The notes beneath the pieces were generated by a model. The model made no database searches, had not been told where the DNA came from, and saw nothing but the letters and a program-made list of their open reading frames with translations. A program made the translations under genes and the position numbers. This document shows positions 9,360 through 18,612 of a stretch of 64,000 nt of DNA, one piece after another (position 1 is the first letter of the stretch; the number at the start of each line of letters is the position of its first letter). This DNA is from Myxococcota bacterium (GTDB lineage: Bacteria; Myxococcota_A; UBA9160; JAFDDA01), in assembly GCA_965228475.1 (NCBI GenBank), contig OZ245817.1:64001-128000 (forward strand), given 5' to 3'.

Positions 9360-10379
9360 GTGGCGTCGCCCTCCGCGCAGCGCCGCGAACAGATCGCGCT
9401 CTACGGCGTCGGCTTCTTCGTTCTTGCGAGCGTCTTTCTCGCGCTGCTCGTGCGGCTGCCCGAGGGCGCCGGGTTCGGCTTCTCGCTCGCGCTCCACGGG
9501 CCGCGTCTGCTGCTAGGGCTGGCCGCCGGGGCGGGCCTTGGCGTGGCCGGCGCCTTCCAGACGGCCGCGGACGATACGGGCCGCGGCCACCCGCTGCTGT
9601 TCGCCGTGGCGACGGGCCTCGCCCTCGGCGGCGCGCGCGGCTCGCACTACTTCGACCTGGCGGCGCCCTCGAGCCACGTGCTCGGCGCCTTCGAGTGCGC
9701 GCTCTTCTTCACGGTGCTGGTCCTCGGCGCGCGCCGGCTGCGCGGTTTCTCGCGCCTCGCGACCGGGCTGGTCCTGCTCTTCGCCCTCGGCGCGGGGCTC
9801 GCGGCCGGGCTCGAGGGCAAGGGCGACCCGACGGGCCTGCGCCCCTGGGTCTTCTGGCTGCTCGGCGATCTCGGCTGGGCGACCTGGACGACGGCGATTC
9901 CCGCCGCCGCGGTGATCCTCGTCTTCGCGGCCGTGCTCGCGCGCCGCGTTCCGGCCGGCCGCGATCTCGCGAGCCTGTCCGAGGACGAACGCGGCGCACT
10001 GCTCGGCCTGGCTTCGCTGCTTTTCGGCTTCTGCCTCGGCGCCGTCGGCATCGTGGCGTTCTTCTCGCTGATGGTCGCCATCGCCGCGCGCTGGCTGCTC
10101 GGGCACGCTTCGCTGCGTGCCTGGGCCGGCGTGTCGGCCGTGCTCGGAGCCCTCGCCATGGTGTGGGCCGATGCGTTGCCCCGCGCGCTGTTCGGGGGGC
10201 TCGCGCCGCCGCTCGGCTTCGGGGTGATGGCCCTCGCGGTGCCGTGGTTCCTGCTGCGCAACGATGGCCGGTCGCCGCGCATCGCCCGCGCGGCGGAGGT
10301 GCTCCTCGGGCTCGCCCTCGGGATCGGGGTCGTCGGGGTCGCGATCGTCCTGAACGTCCTGGCCGGGCAGCTCGGCTAG
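9360..10379 (+). CDS. Divergent FecCD/BtuC-like ABC permease
   Basis: PRLLLGLAAGAGLGVAG..FQ, FWLLGDL, VGIVAFFSL, PPLG..MALAVPWFL resemble FecCD signature segments. Confidence 0.65.
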   Translation: MASPSAQRREQIALYGVGFFVLASVFLALLVRLPEGAGFGFSLALHGPRLLLGLAAGAGLGVAGAFQTAADDTGRGHPLLFAVATGLALGGARGSHYFDLAAPSSHVLGAFECALFFTVLVLGARRLRGFSRLATGLVLLFALGAGLAAGLEGKGDPTGLRPWVFWLLGDLGWATWTTAIPAAAVILVFAAVLARRVPAGRDLASLSEDERGALLGLASLLFGFCLGAVGIVAFFSLMVAIAARWLLGHASLRAWAGVSAVLGALAMVWADALPRALFGGLAPPLGFGVMALAVPWFLLRNDGRSPRIARAAEVLLGLALGIGVVGVAIVLNVLAGQLG

Positions 10380-10409
10380 CCACCGCGTGGGCGCGCCGTC
10401 GCAAGGGCG

Positions 10410-11840
10410 CTAGCCGAAGAGCGCGAGCCCCTTCCGGAAGTACGCTTCGTAGACGCCGCGCGTGCGCAGGCCGGTGCTCTCGACGTTCTCGGGCTCGCCG
10501 AAGTGCTCCGGGTCGCCGGTGAAGGTCGAGGGCATGGCGATGCGGTAGATGCGCTCGGCCTCGACGGGTTCGCCCTGGCGCTCCACCGCCGCGCGCATCG
10601 GCGCCTTCATCCGGTCGCCGCGGATCTCGAGCACGCCGACGTCCGAGTCGAAGGGGTCGAGGTTCCACACGAGGCTCGTGGTGATCGGGCCCGGGACGAA
10701 GCGCGCCTGGATCGCATCGGAGTGGTACGCGAGGCGCAGGCCCGTCGCCTGGCGGAGGGCCTCTTCGACGAGCGGGCGGAGCTCCGCGTCCTCCAGGAGC
10801 TTCGGCGTCCGCCCGAGCGCCGTTCCGACGTGCTGGTTCGCGCCGCCGTCGTCCGCGAGGTGGATGGCGGCGTGGACGTGGGGCCAGCCGCGGAAGTGCA
10901 GGAGCGTGCCCGGCCCCTCGACGCGCCAGATGTGCCAGTAGGGAGCGCCGCGGCGCGAAGCGTCCTCCGCGTCGAGGGAGTCGAGCGACGCCCCGTCGTC
11001 GTAGATGCCGCCCTTGCGCCAGGCCGCGACGTGGAGCGATTCGACGCCGCCGTTGCGGCGCAGCGTTCCCCAGGCCGCCTCGCGATCCGCTTCGTCGTAG
11101 CAGGAGAGGACCGTATCGACGAGGGCGGCCAGCTGCGCGCGCTCCGCTTCGCCGAGGGTGTTCGCGGCAAGGCCACGGAAGGTCCCGCCCGGGCCCTGGA
11201 GCTGGACGGCCGTCTCGCTCGGCGGCCTTCCCGCGACCGTGGCGGCCTCGCGCGCTTCGGGCGAGAGCCCCGCCAGGAACTCGTTCAGCGCGTCGCCGTG
11301 GTAGGCGAAGGCGTTGCCCGGGAGGCGCGGCGCGCCGTTTCCGATCTGGTGGCCGTAGGCGATCGGCCCGCCGAAGGCGGAGCCGCCCCGCGTCATGCCG
11401 CCGCCGCGGATCAGGAGGTGTCCGCCGGAGATCGCGACCTGGAAGTCCGCGGTGTCCGGGTCGCCGTACATCAGGAAGGCGCACGGATCGAGGCCGCCGC
11501 CCTCGAGGGCGACGAGCCGGCCGAACTGCCGCCGCCGCTCCTCGGAGGTCATCGTGTCGTAGAGCCGGTTCACGAGCCGGCGCTGCCCCGCCGTGAGCGC
11601 GCTGGCCACGCGCGGCGCGGAGTCCATGCAGGCGACGTGGGTGAGGAGTCCCCGGGAAGGATGGTCCCAGGGAAGCAGCAGGTGGCTGCGCTGGAGGGGG
11701 GTGAGGCTCGCGACGAGTGCGCGGGCGGCACTGCGGAAGTCGCCGGTCACGGCCTCGGGGGTCACGAGGCGGTCGAGCCCGCGGGTGGCGAGCGCGCCGG
11801 CGGCGAGGCCTCCCAGCGCCAGGAAGCTCCGCCGGTCCAT
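10410..11840 (-). CDS. Tat-exported DUF3500-like protein with 5'-nucleotidase C-terminal-like domain
   Basis: MDRRSFLALGG Tat motif; GGHLLIR, FGGPIAYGH, WRVEGP, PHVHA; C-terminal GPITT..PFDSDV..IRG. Confidence 0.65.
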   Translation of the reverse strand: MDRRSFLALGGLAAGALATRGLDRLVTPEAVTGDFRSAARALVASLTPLQRSHLLLPWDHPSRGLLTHVACMDSAPRVASALTAGQRRLVNRLYDTMTSEERRRQFGRLVALEGGGLDPCAFLMYGDPDTADFQVAISGGHLLIRGGGMTRGGSAFGGPIAYGHQIGNGAPRLPGNAFAYHGDALNEFLAGLSPEAREAATVAGRPPSETAVQLQGPGGTFRGLAANTLGEAERAQLAALVDTVLSCYDEADREAAWGTLRRNGGVESLHVAAWRKGGIYDDGASLDSLDAEDASRRGAPYWHIWRVEGPGTLLHFRGWPHVHAAIHLADDGGANQHVGTALGRTPKLLEDAELRPLVEEALRQATGLRLAYHSDAIQARFVPGPITTSLVWNLDPFDSDVGVLEIRGDRMKAPMRAAVERQGEPVEAERIYRIAMPSTFTGDPEHFGEPENVESTGLRTRGVYEAYFRKGLALFG

Positions 11841-12004
11841 TCCTCCGGAGTTGCCTTCGCTCACCTCGTCCTCCACCTCTGCCTCGGAAGCGCCGGGCTT
11901 CGGCCCGCGCGGCAAACCGCCATTCTAGCGCCACCGGCGGCCCCGGGCGCAGCCCCTATACTCGGGCCGACGCCGGCGCCCTGGCGTCCTACCCGGGTCT
12001 CCTC

Positions 12005-13471
12005 ATGAGTTCTCCCAACGAGCTGCCGCCTTCCGCGGCCCAGCCGCTCGAACGCGCTGCGGCCACGCCCCCGGGCCGGGGCGGACTGCGCCAGCGCCTG
12101 CTCGCCCGCCTCGAGGGGGGCGGCCGCTATCCGCAGTGGGTGCTCTTCGCGGCGCTGGCCGGGATGTTCGCGACGACCTTCCCGATCACGATCCTGACGA
12201 TCGCGCTGAAGCAGATCGCCACCGAGTTCGCCGTCCGCGAGACGACCATCGCCTGGGTCATCACGGCGCCGATGCTGTGCTCCGCGGTGACCCTGCCCCT
12301 GCTGGGAAAGCTCGGGGACCTCTACGGCCACCGGCGGATCTTCCTGCTCGGCTTCGGCCTGGCTTCGCTGACGGCGGCGGCCACCGCCCTCGCCTGGGAC
12401 GCCCCTTCCCTGATCGGCCTGCGCACGATCGCCGCCGTCGTCGGGGGGGCGACCGGCCCGACCTCCATGGCGCTCATCTTCAGCGTCTACGCCCAGGAAG
12501 ATCGCGTCCGCGCCATGGGCTGGTGGTCGATGACGGGCGCCGCGGCGCCGGCGCTCGGCTTGATCCTCGGCGGGCCGCTGGTCGACCTGCTCGGCTGGCG
12601 CGTCGTGTTCCTCCTGCAGGCCGTCCTCTCGCTCGGTGCCCTCGCGCTGGCCGCGCTCGTGCTGCGCGAGACCGAGAAGCAGAAGGTCCGCTTCGATCTC
12701 GCTGGGGCCGGGGCGCTCATGCTCGTGGTCGCCGGCTTCATGGTCGCCCTCGCGCGGGTTCGGGACGTGGCCTTCCTCTCGTTCGACGTCGCCGGCGCGC
12801 TGGCCGTCGGGGTGCTCGCGATTCCGCTCTTCGTCCGCATCGAGCGCCGCACGGTGGAGCCGCTCCTGGCCCTCGAGTTCTTCGCGCGCCCGAACTTCAC
12901 GGCGCCGATGATCGCCAACGCCTTCCAGGGTGCGGCCTACATGGGTGCCTTCGTGCTGGCGCCGCTGGTGCTGATCAACCTGTTCGGCTTCAGCGCGTCG
13001 AAGACGGCCGGGATCATGCTGCTGCGCACCGCGACCCTCACCATGGCCTCGCCCCTCGGCGCACGGCTCGGCATGCGCGTCGGCGAGCGGAATGCGGCGA
13101 CCCTCGGCTCGGTCCTGCTCACGGCGTCGCTCGTGGTGATCGCCTTCTCCGCCTCGAGCGTGCACCTGCTCGGCTTCTGCGCGGGGCTGGTCCTCCAGGG
13201 CCTCGGGCACGGCCTGGCCCTGCCTTCGCTCTCCTCGGCCGTGGCCAACGCCGTCCCGGAAAAGGATCTCGGCATCGCCTCGGCCGGAAGCCGATTGATG
13301 GGAACCGTCGGCACGGCCTTCGGCATCACCGTCCTCACCCTGGTGTACGGTGGCGACAACACGGGCCCGGCCTTCCTGGTGGCCTACGGCGTGGGGGCGA
13401 TCTTCGCCGCGCTCTCCACCCTGGCCGCCTTCTACATGTCCGGCCCGGTGTGGGAGGAGAGTGCGTCATGA
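12005..13471 (+). CDS. MFS transporter (DHA2/EmrB-like, about 14 TM)
   Basis: GKLGDLYGHRRIF motif A; LGLILGGPL..GWR motif C. Confidence 0.9.
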   Translation: MSSPNELPPSAAQPLERAAATPPGRGGLRQRLLARLEGGGRYPQWVLFAALAGMFATTFPITILTIALKQIATEFAVRETTIAWVITAPMLCSAVTLPLLGKLGDLYGHRRIFLLGFGLASLTAAATALAWDAPSLIGLRTIAAVVGGATGPTSMALIFSVYAQEDRVRAMGWWSMTGAAAPALGLILGGPLVDLLGWRVVFLLQAVLSLGALALAALVLRETEKQKVRFDLAGAGALMLVVAGFMVALARVRDVAFLSFDVAGALAVGVLAIPLFVRIERRTVEPLLALEFFARPNFTAPMIANAFQGAAYMGAFVLAPLVLINLFGFSASKTAGIMLLRTATLTMASPLGARLGMRVGERNAATLGSVLLTASLVVIAFSASSVHLLGFCAGLVLQGLGHGLALPSLSSAVANAVPEKDLGIASAGSRLMGTVGTAFGITVLTLVYGGDNTGPAFLVAYGVGAIFAALSTLAAFYMSGPVWEESAS

Positions 13472-13499
13472 CCGGGAGCCGAGCCTTGGAGGGTGCGTC

Positions 13500-13970
13500 A
13501 TGAGCCGCCGCGACCAGATCCGCATGAGCGAGGACGAGCTGCGCGAGTTCCTCGCCGGCGCCCAGACGATCATCCTGAACTCGATCGACGCGGAGGGCGT
13601 CCCCCACCCGATGCCGATGTGGTTCGGCGTCGAAGAGGACGGCGCGATCGTGATGACGACCTTTCGCAAGAGCCAGAAGATCCAGAACCTGCGCCGTGAC
13701 CCGCGCGTTTCGATGCTGGTCGAGGACGGCGAGGTCTACGCCGAGCTGCGCGGGGCCGTACTCTACGGCAAGGCCGAGCTGATCGACGACACCGAGCGCG
13801 TCATCGACATCCTCTCCGCCGTGGCCACCGCCAACCAGCCCCTCGACGACGAAGCGAAGCAGGGCATGCGGACGGTCCTCGCGAAGACCGCCCCCAAGCG
13901 CATTGGCATCCGGGTGGCGCCCGAGCGCGTCGTCTCCTGGGACCACCGCAAGCTCGGCGGGAAGTACTGA
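13500..13970 (+). CDS. PPOX/pyridoxamine 5'-phosphate oxidase-like flavin (F420/FMN) protein
   Basis: GVPHPMPMWF, SQKIQNLRRDPRVS, VSWDHRKL. Confidence 0.88.
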   Translation: MSRRDQIRMSEDELREFLAGAQTIILNSIDAEGVPHPMPMWFGVEEDGAIVMTTFRKSQKIQNLRRDPRVSMLVEDGEVYAELRGAVLYGKAELIDDTERVIDILSAVATANQPLDDEAKQGMRTVLAKTAPKRIGIRVAPERVVSWDHRKLGGKY

Positions 13971-13973
13971 GCC

Positions 13974-14600
13974 GTGGCCGACGAGCTCGCCAAGCGCCGC
14001 CGCGGGCGGCCGCCGATCCCCGAGGAGGTGCAGCGCCGCCGCCTGCTGCGCGCGGCAATCGAGGTCTTCACCACGCGGAGCTACGCCGGGGCGCGCATCT
14101 CGGACATCGTGCGCGAGGCGGGCATGTCCTCGCGCTCCTTCTACGAGTTCTTCGAGTCGAAGGAAGACCTGGTCGTGGCGGTGATCCACGAGGTGGTCGG
14201 AACCTTCGTCACCCGTCTCGAGGCGATCTTCTCGGCGACGGACGATCCGATCGAGCGGATCGACCGCGGCCTCTCCGCCGCGCTCGAGATCTTCGCCGGG
14301 GCCGGGCTCGACGTGACGCGGCTCTCCGGCGCGGCCGGGAGCAGCGCCCTCGAGGTGCGCACCCACTACGTGCGGCGGATCTCGGCCATGATCACGACGG
14401 AGCTCGAGGCGGTCCACGCGTCCGGCCGGATCCCCGCCCCGCCGGACCCGGCGGCCGTGGAGCTGGTGATCACCGGCGTGGAAGGGATGGGGCTCCGGTT
14501 CATGGCCGAGGGGCGCGGGGCGGAGTTGCGGCGCCTTCACCCCGTCCTGATGGACCTCCTGGTGCGCGCTTTCGTCGGCGAACCGGCAAGTTCGGTGTAA
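13974..14600 (+). CDS. TetR-family regulator
   Basis: RLLRAAIEVF...ISDIVREAGMSSRSFYEFFESKEDL. Confidence 0.88.
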   Translation: MADELAKRRRGRPPIPEEVQRRRLLRAAIEVFTTRSYAGARISDIVREAGMSSRSFYEFFESKEDLVVAVIHEVVGTFVTRLEAIFSATDDPIERIDRGLSAALEIFAGAGLDVTRLSGAAGSSALEVRTHYVRRISAMITTELEAVHASGRIPAPPDPAAVELVITGVEGMGLRFMAEGRGAELRRLHPVLMDLLVRAFVGEPASSV

Positions 14601-14610
14601 CCAGCTGGAA

Positions 14611-14641
14611 TCAAAAACGAAACCTCGGGTCCCGTTTTTGA
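14611..14641. promoter_or_regulatory. AT-rich inverted repeat (operator or terminator)
   Basis: TCAAAAACG-N13-CGTTTTTGA within an AT-rich intergenic region. Confidence 0.5.
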
Positions 14642-14738
14642 AATTCCCCTTTTACTTAATTCTTCCCTTTCCGTCCTTTCTCCATTAAAAGGGGAGGACT
14701 CCGGCGCGGGTGCCGGGACACAGGGGGAAGGACGACCC

Positions 14739-15437
14739 ATGCGAACCAAGAACTACGTGAAGCTGGGGCTGATCGTGCTGCTCGGAAGTGGCGGCGTCGG
14801 CTGCGGCGACATCGACATCCCGCTCGACCTCGCGCTGGTCGGGGACAACACGATTTCCATCGAGCAGGAAGGCCAGGCGCCGCTCGCGACCACGCTGGTC
14901 GGCGGCGTCGAGACGACGATCACCGCGTCGATCGGCCTGTTCAGCCTGCTCAACCCCAACGGCATCGCCGCGGCGATCTCGGTGGACGACCTCCTGATCG
15001 CCGGCGACAGCATCGCGATCCTCGGCGGCATCGTGAACACCGGCACGCTGTGCATCGAGCAGAACACGGAGAACCCGGGCGGCGGCCTCGCGGCGCTCAA
15101 GATCTTCAAGGGCGAGGCGGACTTCATGCTCGCGCTCAACACCTTGATCCGCGGAACCGACCCGGGCTTCGTGGCGCTGCTCGAGCTCTCGGGCATCGAC
15201 AGCCTGCCCTTCGACACCGAGGTGAACACGACCGTGCCGCTCGGCTTCGCCGACCTGTTCGGGCTGTTCCTCGGCGGCGGGGGCGGCGGCGGCCTCGAGC
15301 TCTCCCAGGACATCGAGACGACCCTGCCGGCGGACATCCCGTTCTTCGGTGGCGCCACGGTCGCCGCGTCCCTGACGCTCGCGACGGTCGACGAGATTCC
15401 GGCGGATCCGCTCCTCGTCGACTGCGTCATGCCCTAG
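14739..15437 (+). CDS. Lipoprotein of unknown function
   Basis: Signal MRTKNYVKLGLIVLLGSGGVG-C; acidic/aliphatic mature region. Confidence 0.75.
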   Translation: MRTKNYVKLGLIVLLGSGGVGCGDIDIPLDLALVGDNTISIEQEGQAPLATTLVGGVETTITASIGLFSLLNPNGIAAAISVDDLLIAGDSIAILGGIVNTGTLCIEQNTENPGGGLAALKIFKGEADFMLALNTLIRGTDPGFVALLELSGIDSLPFDTEVNTTVPLGFADLFGLFLGGGGGGGLELSQDIETTLPADIPFFGGATVAASLTLATVDEIPADPLLVDCVMP

Positions 15438-15443
15438 GGGCGC

Positions 15444-18400
15444 ATGATCGACCCGCGCGACATTCCGAGTGGCGAGCCCCGCTGGGCTCTCGCTCTCGTG
15501 CTGCTGCTCCTGCTCTGGGGCTCGCCCTCGGTGTTCGCGCAAAACCAGCCCGATTTCTTCGGGCTGGGAGACCTCCCGGGAGGCGCCGTGGCGAGCGGCG
15601 CCAACGCCATCTCCGCCGACGGCGCCGTCGTCGTCGGCGATTCGGAGTCCGGGTCGGGGACGGAAGCCTTCCGCTGGACCTCCGGCGGCGGGATGACCGG
15701 GCTCGGCACGCTTTCGGGCGGCGACTTCTTCAGCACCGCGAACGGGGTCTCCTCGAACGGCAGCGTCGTCGCGGGGACCGCCTCGAACTCCGACGGCGGC
15801 ACCGCCTTCCGCTGGACCTCCGGCGGTGGGATGACGGGGCTCGACCAGCTCGGCTGCTCGCCCCTCTGCCCGGACCCGGCCCTCGGGGCGGGCATCTCGC
15901 CCGATGGTCAGACGGTCGTCGGGGCGGGGCTCCACAAGACGCTCTTCGGGGACCCGCACGGCGACGGCGTGCGCTGGGCTGGGGGCGGCACGAGCGATTC
16001 GCGCCTGGCGACGCCCGGAACCGGCAGCCACGCCGAGGCCGCCCAGGGCAACGACGCCAACACGGCTGGAACGATTCTCGTCGGCGAGTCTTCGGCGGGC
16101 GGGCCGATCCAGGCGGTCGTGTGGACGAGCAGCGGGAGCACCGCTTCGGTTCTCCCGGCACCTGCGGGTGCGGTCCTGAACTCGACCGCCCTCGCGATCT
16201 CCGCCGATGGCAGCACGATCGTCGGCGGCACGAACACGAGCCCGAGCATGTCGACGAGCATCGAAGCCGCGATGTGGACCGGCGGCGGCTACGGCACGCT
16301 GACCCTGCTCGGCGATCTCGGCGCGAGTTCGCCCCGCAGCCGCGCCTGGGACGTGACCTCCGACGGCGGGATCGTCGTCGGGACCGCCCGCAACGCCGAG
16401 GGCGACGACCGCGCCTTCATCTGGGACGCGGTCCACGGCATGCAGGATCTGGCCGCGGTCCTGCTCGACGACTACGGCGTCGACGTCGGCGGCTGGCAGC
16501 TCTTGGAAGCCCGCGGCGTCTCGGACCCGAACGGCCAGGGCGAGTTCGCCGTGGTCGGCCGCGGCATCAACCCGAGCGGCGACGACGAAGCCTGGTACGC
16601 CTTTCTCTCCCCCGTCGCGTGCAACGACGGCGTCGACAACGACAGCGACACGGACACCGACTTCCCCGCCGATTCCGGCTGCAACCGGAAGTCGGACCGC
16701 TCCGAGACCGCCGACTGTGGCGACGGCCTCGACAACGACGGCGACGGCCAGACCGACACCGCCGACGGCGGCTGCAACGATGCTGCCGACCCGACCGAGG
16801 AGCCCGACTGCGGCGACGGCATCGACAACGACGGGGACGGTCTCGTCGACTTCCCGGCGGACCCGGGCTGCCGGAGCGCCACCCAGGCGATCGAGAACCC
16901 GGCCTGCAACGACGGCATCGACAACGAGCCCGACGGCCAGACGGACTTCCCGGCGGACCCCGGCTGCCTCGCCGCCGACGACTTCTCCGAGGGGCGCGAC
17001 TGCAACGACGGCATCGACAACGATGGGGACGGCCTCGTCGACTACCCCGCCGACCCGGACTGCACCGGCATCAACGACCCCGCCGAAGACCCCCAGTGCA
17101 ACGACCGCGTCGACAACGACGGGGATCTCGCGACGGACTACCCCGCGGCCTACCCGGCCTGCACCTCGGCGCTCGACACCGTGGAAGCGCCGGCCTGCAG
17201 CGACGGCACCGACAACGATTCCGACGCCGCGACGGATCACCCGGCCGACGTCGATTGCCTCGCCGAAGACTTCCTCTCCGAGGCTCCGGTCTACCTCGCC
17301 ACGGGCAGCCTGCTCGCGCTCGACGAGGGTAGCGGAACCTTCTTCCGCCTCGACACGGGCACCGGGACCCAGACGGTCCTGAGCCAGTCGGCCTCCCTCA
17401 CCGCGCCCCAGGGCCTCGCCCAGCGCGCCACCGGCGAGTGGCTCGTCGCGGACCCGAGCGGGCTCTACGACGTCGTGCCGGTCGTCGGAACGCAGCAGAG
17501 TCTCGCCGGCCCCCTCACCGCAGGCGACTCCCTCCAGCTCGTGGTCGACGCCGCGGGCGACGTGCTCGTGCTCGAGAAGGAGGAGATCTCCGGCATCGAC
17601 GGCACCGGCACCAAGACCACGCGCGTGGCCATGCCCGTCGACGCCATCCTCGCCGTCTTCCGCGGCGACTCGCTCGTGCAGGAGAGCGACGGGCGGCTGC
17701 TCGTCACGGCCTTCGGCTTCCTCGGCGAGGGCATCTTCCGCATCGACCCGAGCCAGAACCCCGTGACCTACGAGATGGTCTCGCCGCAGCTCTCGACCGA
17801 TCAGTTCGAGGACCTCGCCCTCGAAGCGAACGGCACGATCCTCGCCGTCGGCACGCGCATCTCGACCGGCGAGACCGGCGTCTTCCGCGTCGTCCCGAGC
17901 GGCGGCAGCATGGGCAGCACGACCACGCTCTCGAACGACCCGGCGTGGACGGCGCCGGTCGCGGTGGCCGTCGCGGGGAACGGGGACATCTTCGTGCTCG
18001 ACGAGGGCACCTGCACCGCCGGGAGCTGCACCGGCGCGGAGATCGTCCGGGTCGACCCGGTGAGCGGCGCGCGCCTGAACGTCTTCAGCGGCGGCGCGAT
18101 CACCGGCCCGGGCGACCTGGCCTTCGTCGCCAGCCTGCCCGAGTGCCAGGACGGGGACGACGACGACGGCGACAGTTTCGTCGACTTCGCGGCCGACCCC
18201 GACTGCCGCCATCCCTGGGACCCGAGCGAGGCGCCGGATTGCAGCGACGGCCTCGACAACGATGGCGACGGCCTCGTCGACTTCCCCGCCGACCCGGGCT
18301 GCACCGACGCCATGAGCCAGGTCGAAAACCCCGAGTGCAACGACGGTCTCGACAACGACGGCGACGGCCTCGTCGATTTCGGCAGCGATCCGAACTGCCT

Positions 18401-18542
18401 GACCGCCGACGACGACCGCGAGCTCCAGAAGACGGGCTGCGGCCTGACGGGCGCCGAGGCGTTGCTCCTGCTCTGCCTGCTGCGCCGCCGCGGCCGCCTC
18501 GCTTCCGGGATCCGCCGCCGAGCCGGTTCGCTCCCCGCCTAG
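15444..18542 (+). CDS. Secreted surface protein: HAF repeats, ten CxDGxDNDxDG repeats, beta-propeller-like region, GC-TM-RRR tail
   Basis: Signal peptide; EAFRWTSGGGMTGLG repeats; 7+3 Cys/Asp repeats; ends TGCGLTGAEALLLLCLLRRRGR. Confidence 0.88.
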   Translation: MIDPRDIPSGEPRWALALVLLLLLWGSPSVFAQNQPDFFGLGDLPGGAVASGANAISADGAVVVGDSESGSGTEAFRWTSGGGMTGLGTLSGGDFFSTANGVSSNGSVVAGTASNSDGGTAFRWTSGGGMTGLDQLGCSPLCPDPALGAGISPDGQTVVGAGLHKTLFGDPHGDGVRWAGGGTSDSRLATPGTGSHAEAAQGNDANTAGTILVGESSAGGPIQAVVWTSSGSTASVLPAPAGAVLNSTALAISADGSTIVGGTNTSPSMSTSIEAAMWTGGGYGTLTLLGDLGASSPRSRAWDVTSDGGIVVGTARNAEGDDRAFIWDAVHGMQDLAAVLLDDYGVDVGGWQLLEARGVSDPNGQGEFAVVGRGINPSGDDEAWYAFLSPVACNDGVDNDSDTDTDFPADSGCNRKSDRSETADCGDGLDNDGDGQTDTADGGCNDAADPTEEPDCGDGIDNDGDGLVDFPADPGCRSATQAIENPACNDGIDNEPDGQTDFPADPGCLAADDFSEGRDCNDGIDNDGDGLVDYPADPDCTGINDPAEDPQCNDRVDNDGDLATDYPAAYPACTSALDTVEAPACSDGTDNDSDAATDHPADVDCLAEDFLSEAPVYLATGSLLALDEGSGTFFRLDTGTGTQTVLSQSASLTAPQGLAQRATGEWLVADPSGLYDVVPVVGTQQSLAGPLTAGDSLQLVVDAAGDVLVLEKEEISGIDGTGTKTTRVAMPVDAILAVFRGDSLVQESDGRLLVTAFGFLGEGIFRIDPSQNPVTYEMVSPQLSTDQFEDLALEANGTILAVGTRISTGETGVFRVVPSGGSMGSTTTLSNDPAWTAPVAVAVAGNGDIFVLDEGTCTAGSCTGAEIVRVDPVSGARLNVFSGGAITGPGDLAFVASLPECQDGDDDDGDSFVDFAADPDCRHPWDPSEAPDCSDGLDNDGDGLVDFPADPGCTDAMSQVENPECNDGLDNDGDGLVDFGSDPNCLTADDDRELQKTGCGLTGAEALLLLCLLRRRGRLASGIRRRAGSLPA
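16620..17258 (+). repeat. Seven tandem Cys/Asp coding repeats (MopE-related, putative metal-binding)
   Basis: CNDGIDNDGDGLVDxPADPxC-type units; three more at about 18144-18398 and two at about 27068-27223. Confidence 0.85.
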
Positions 18543-18612
18543 CCCCCTTCAAGGCCGGAGCGCATCGTTCCGATGAGGCCCCACGGGCATTGGACGCCCG
18601 AGGGGCGCCCCG

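Noticed and set aside
16620..18398. Regularly spaced GACAACGACGGCGAC-type repeats as a non-coding array
   Set aside because: They are degenerate in-frame protein repeats within one CDS
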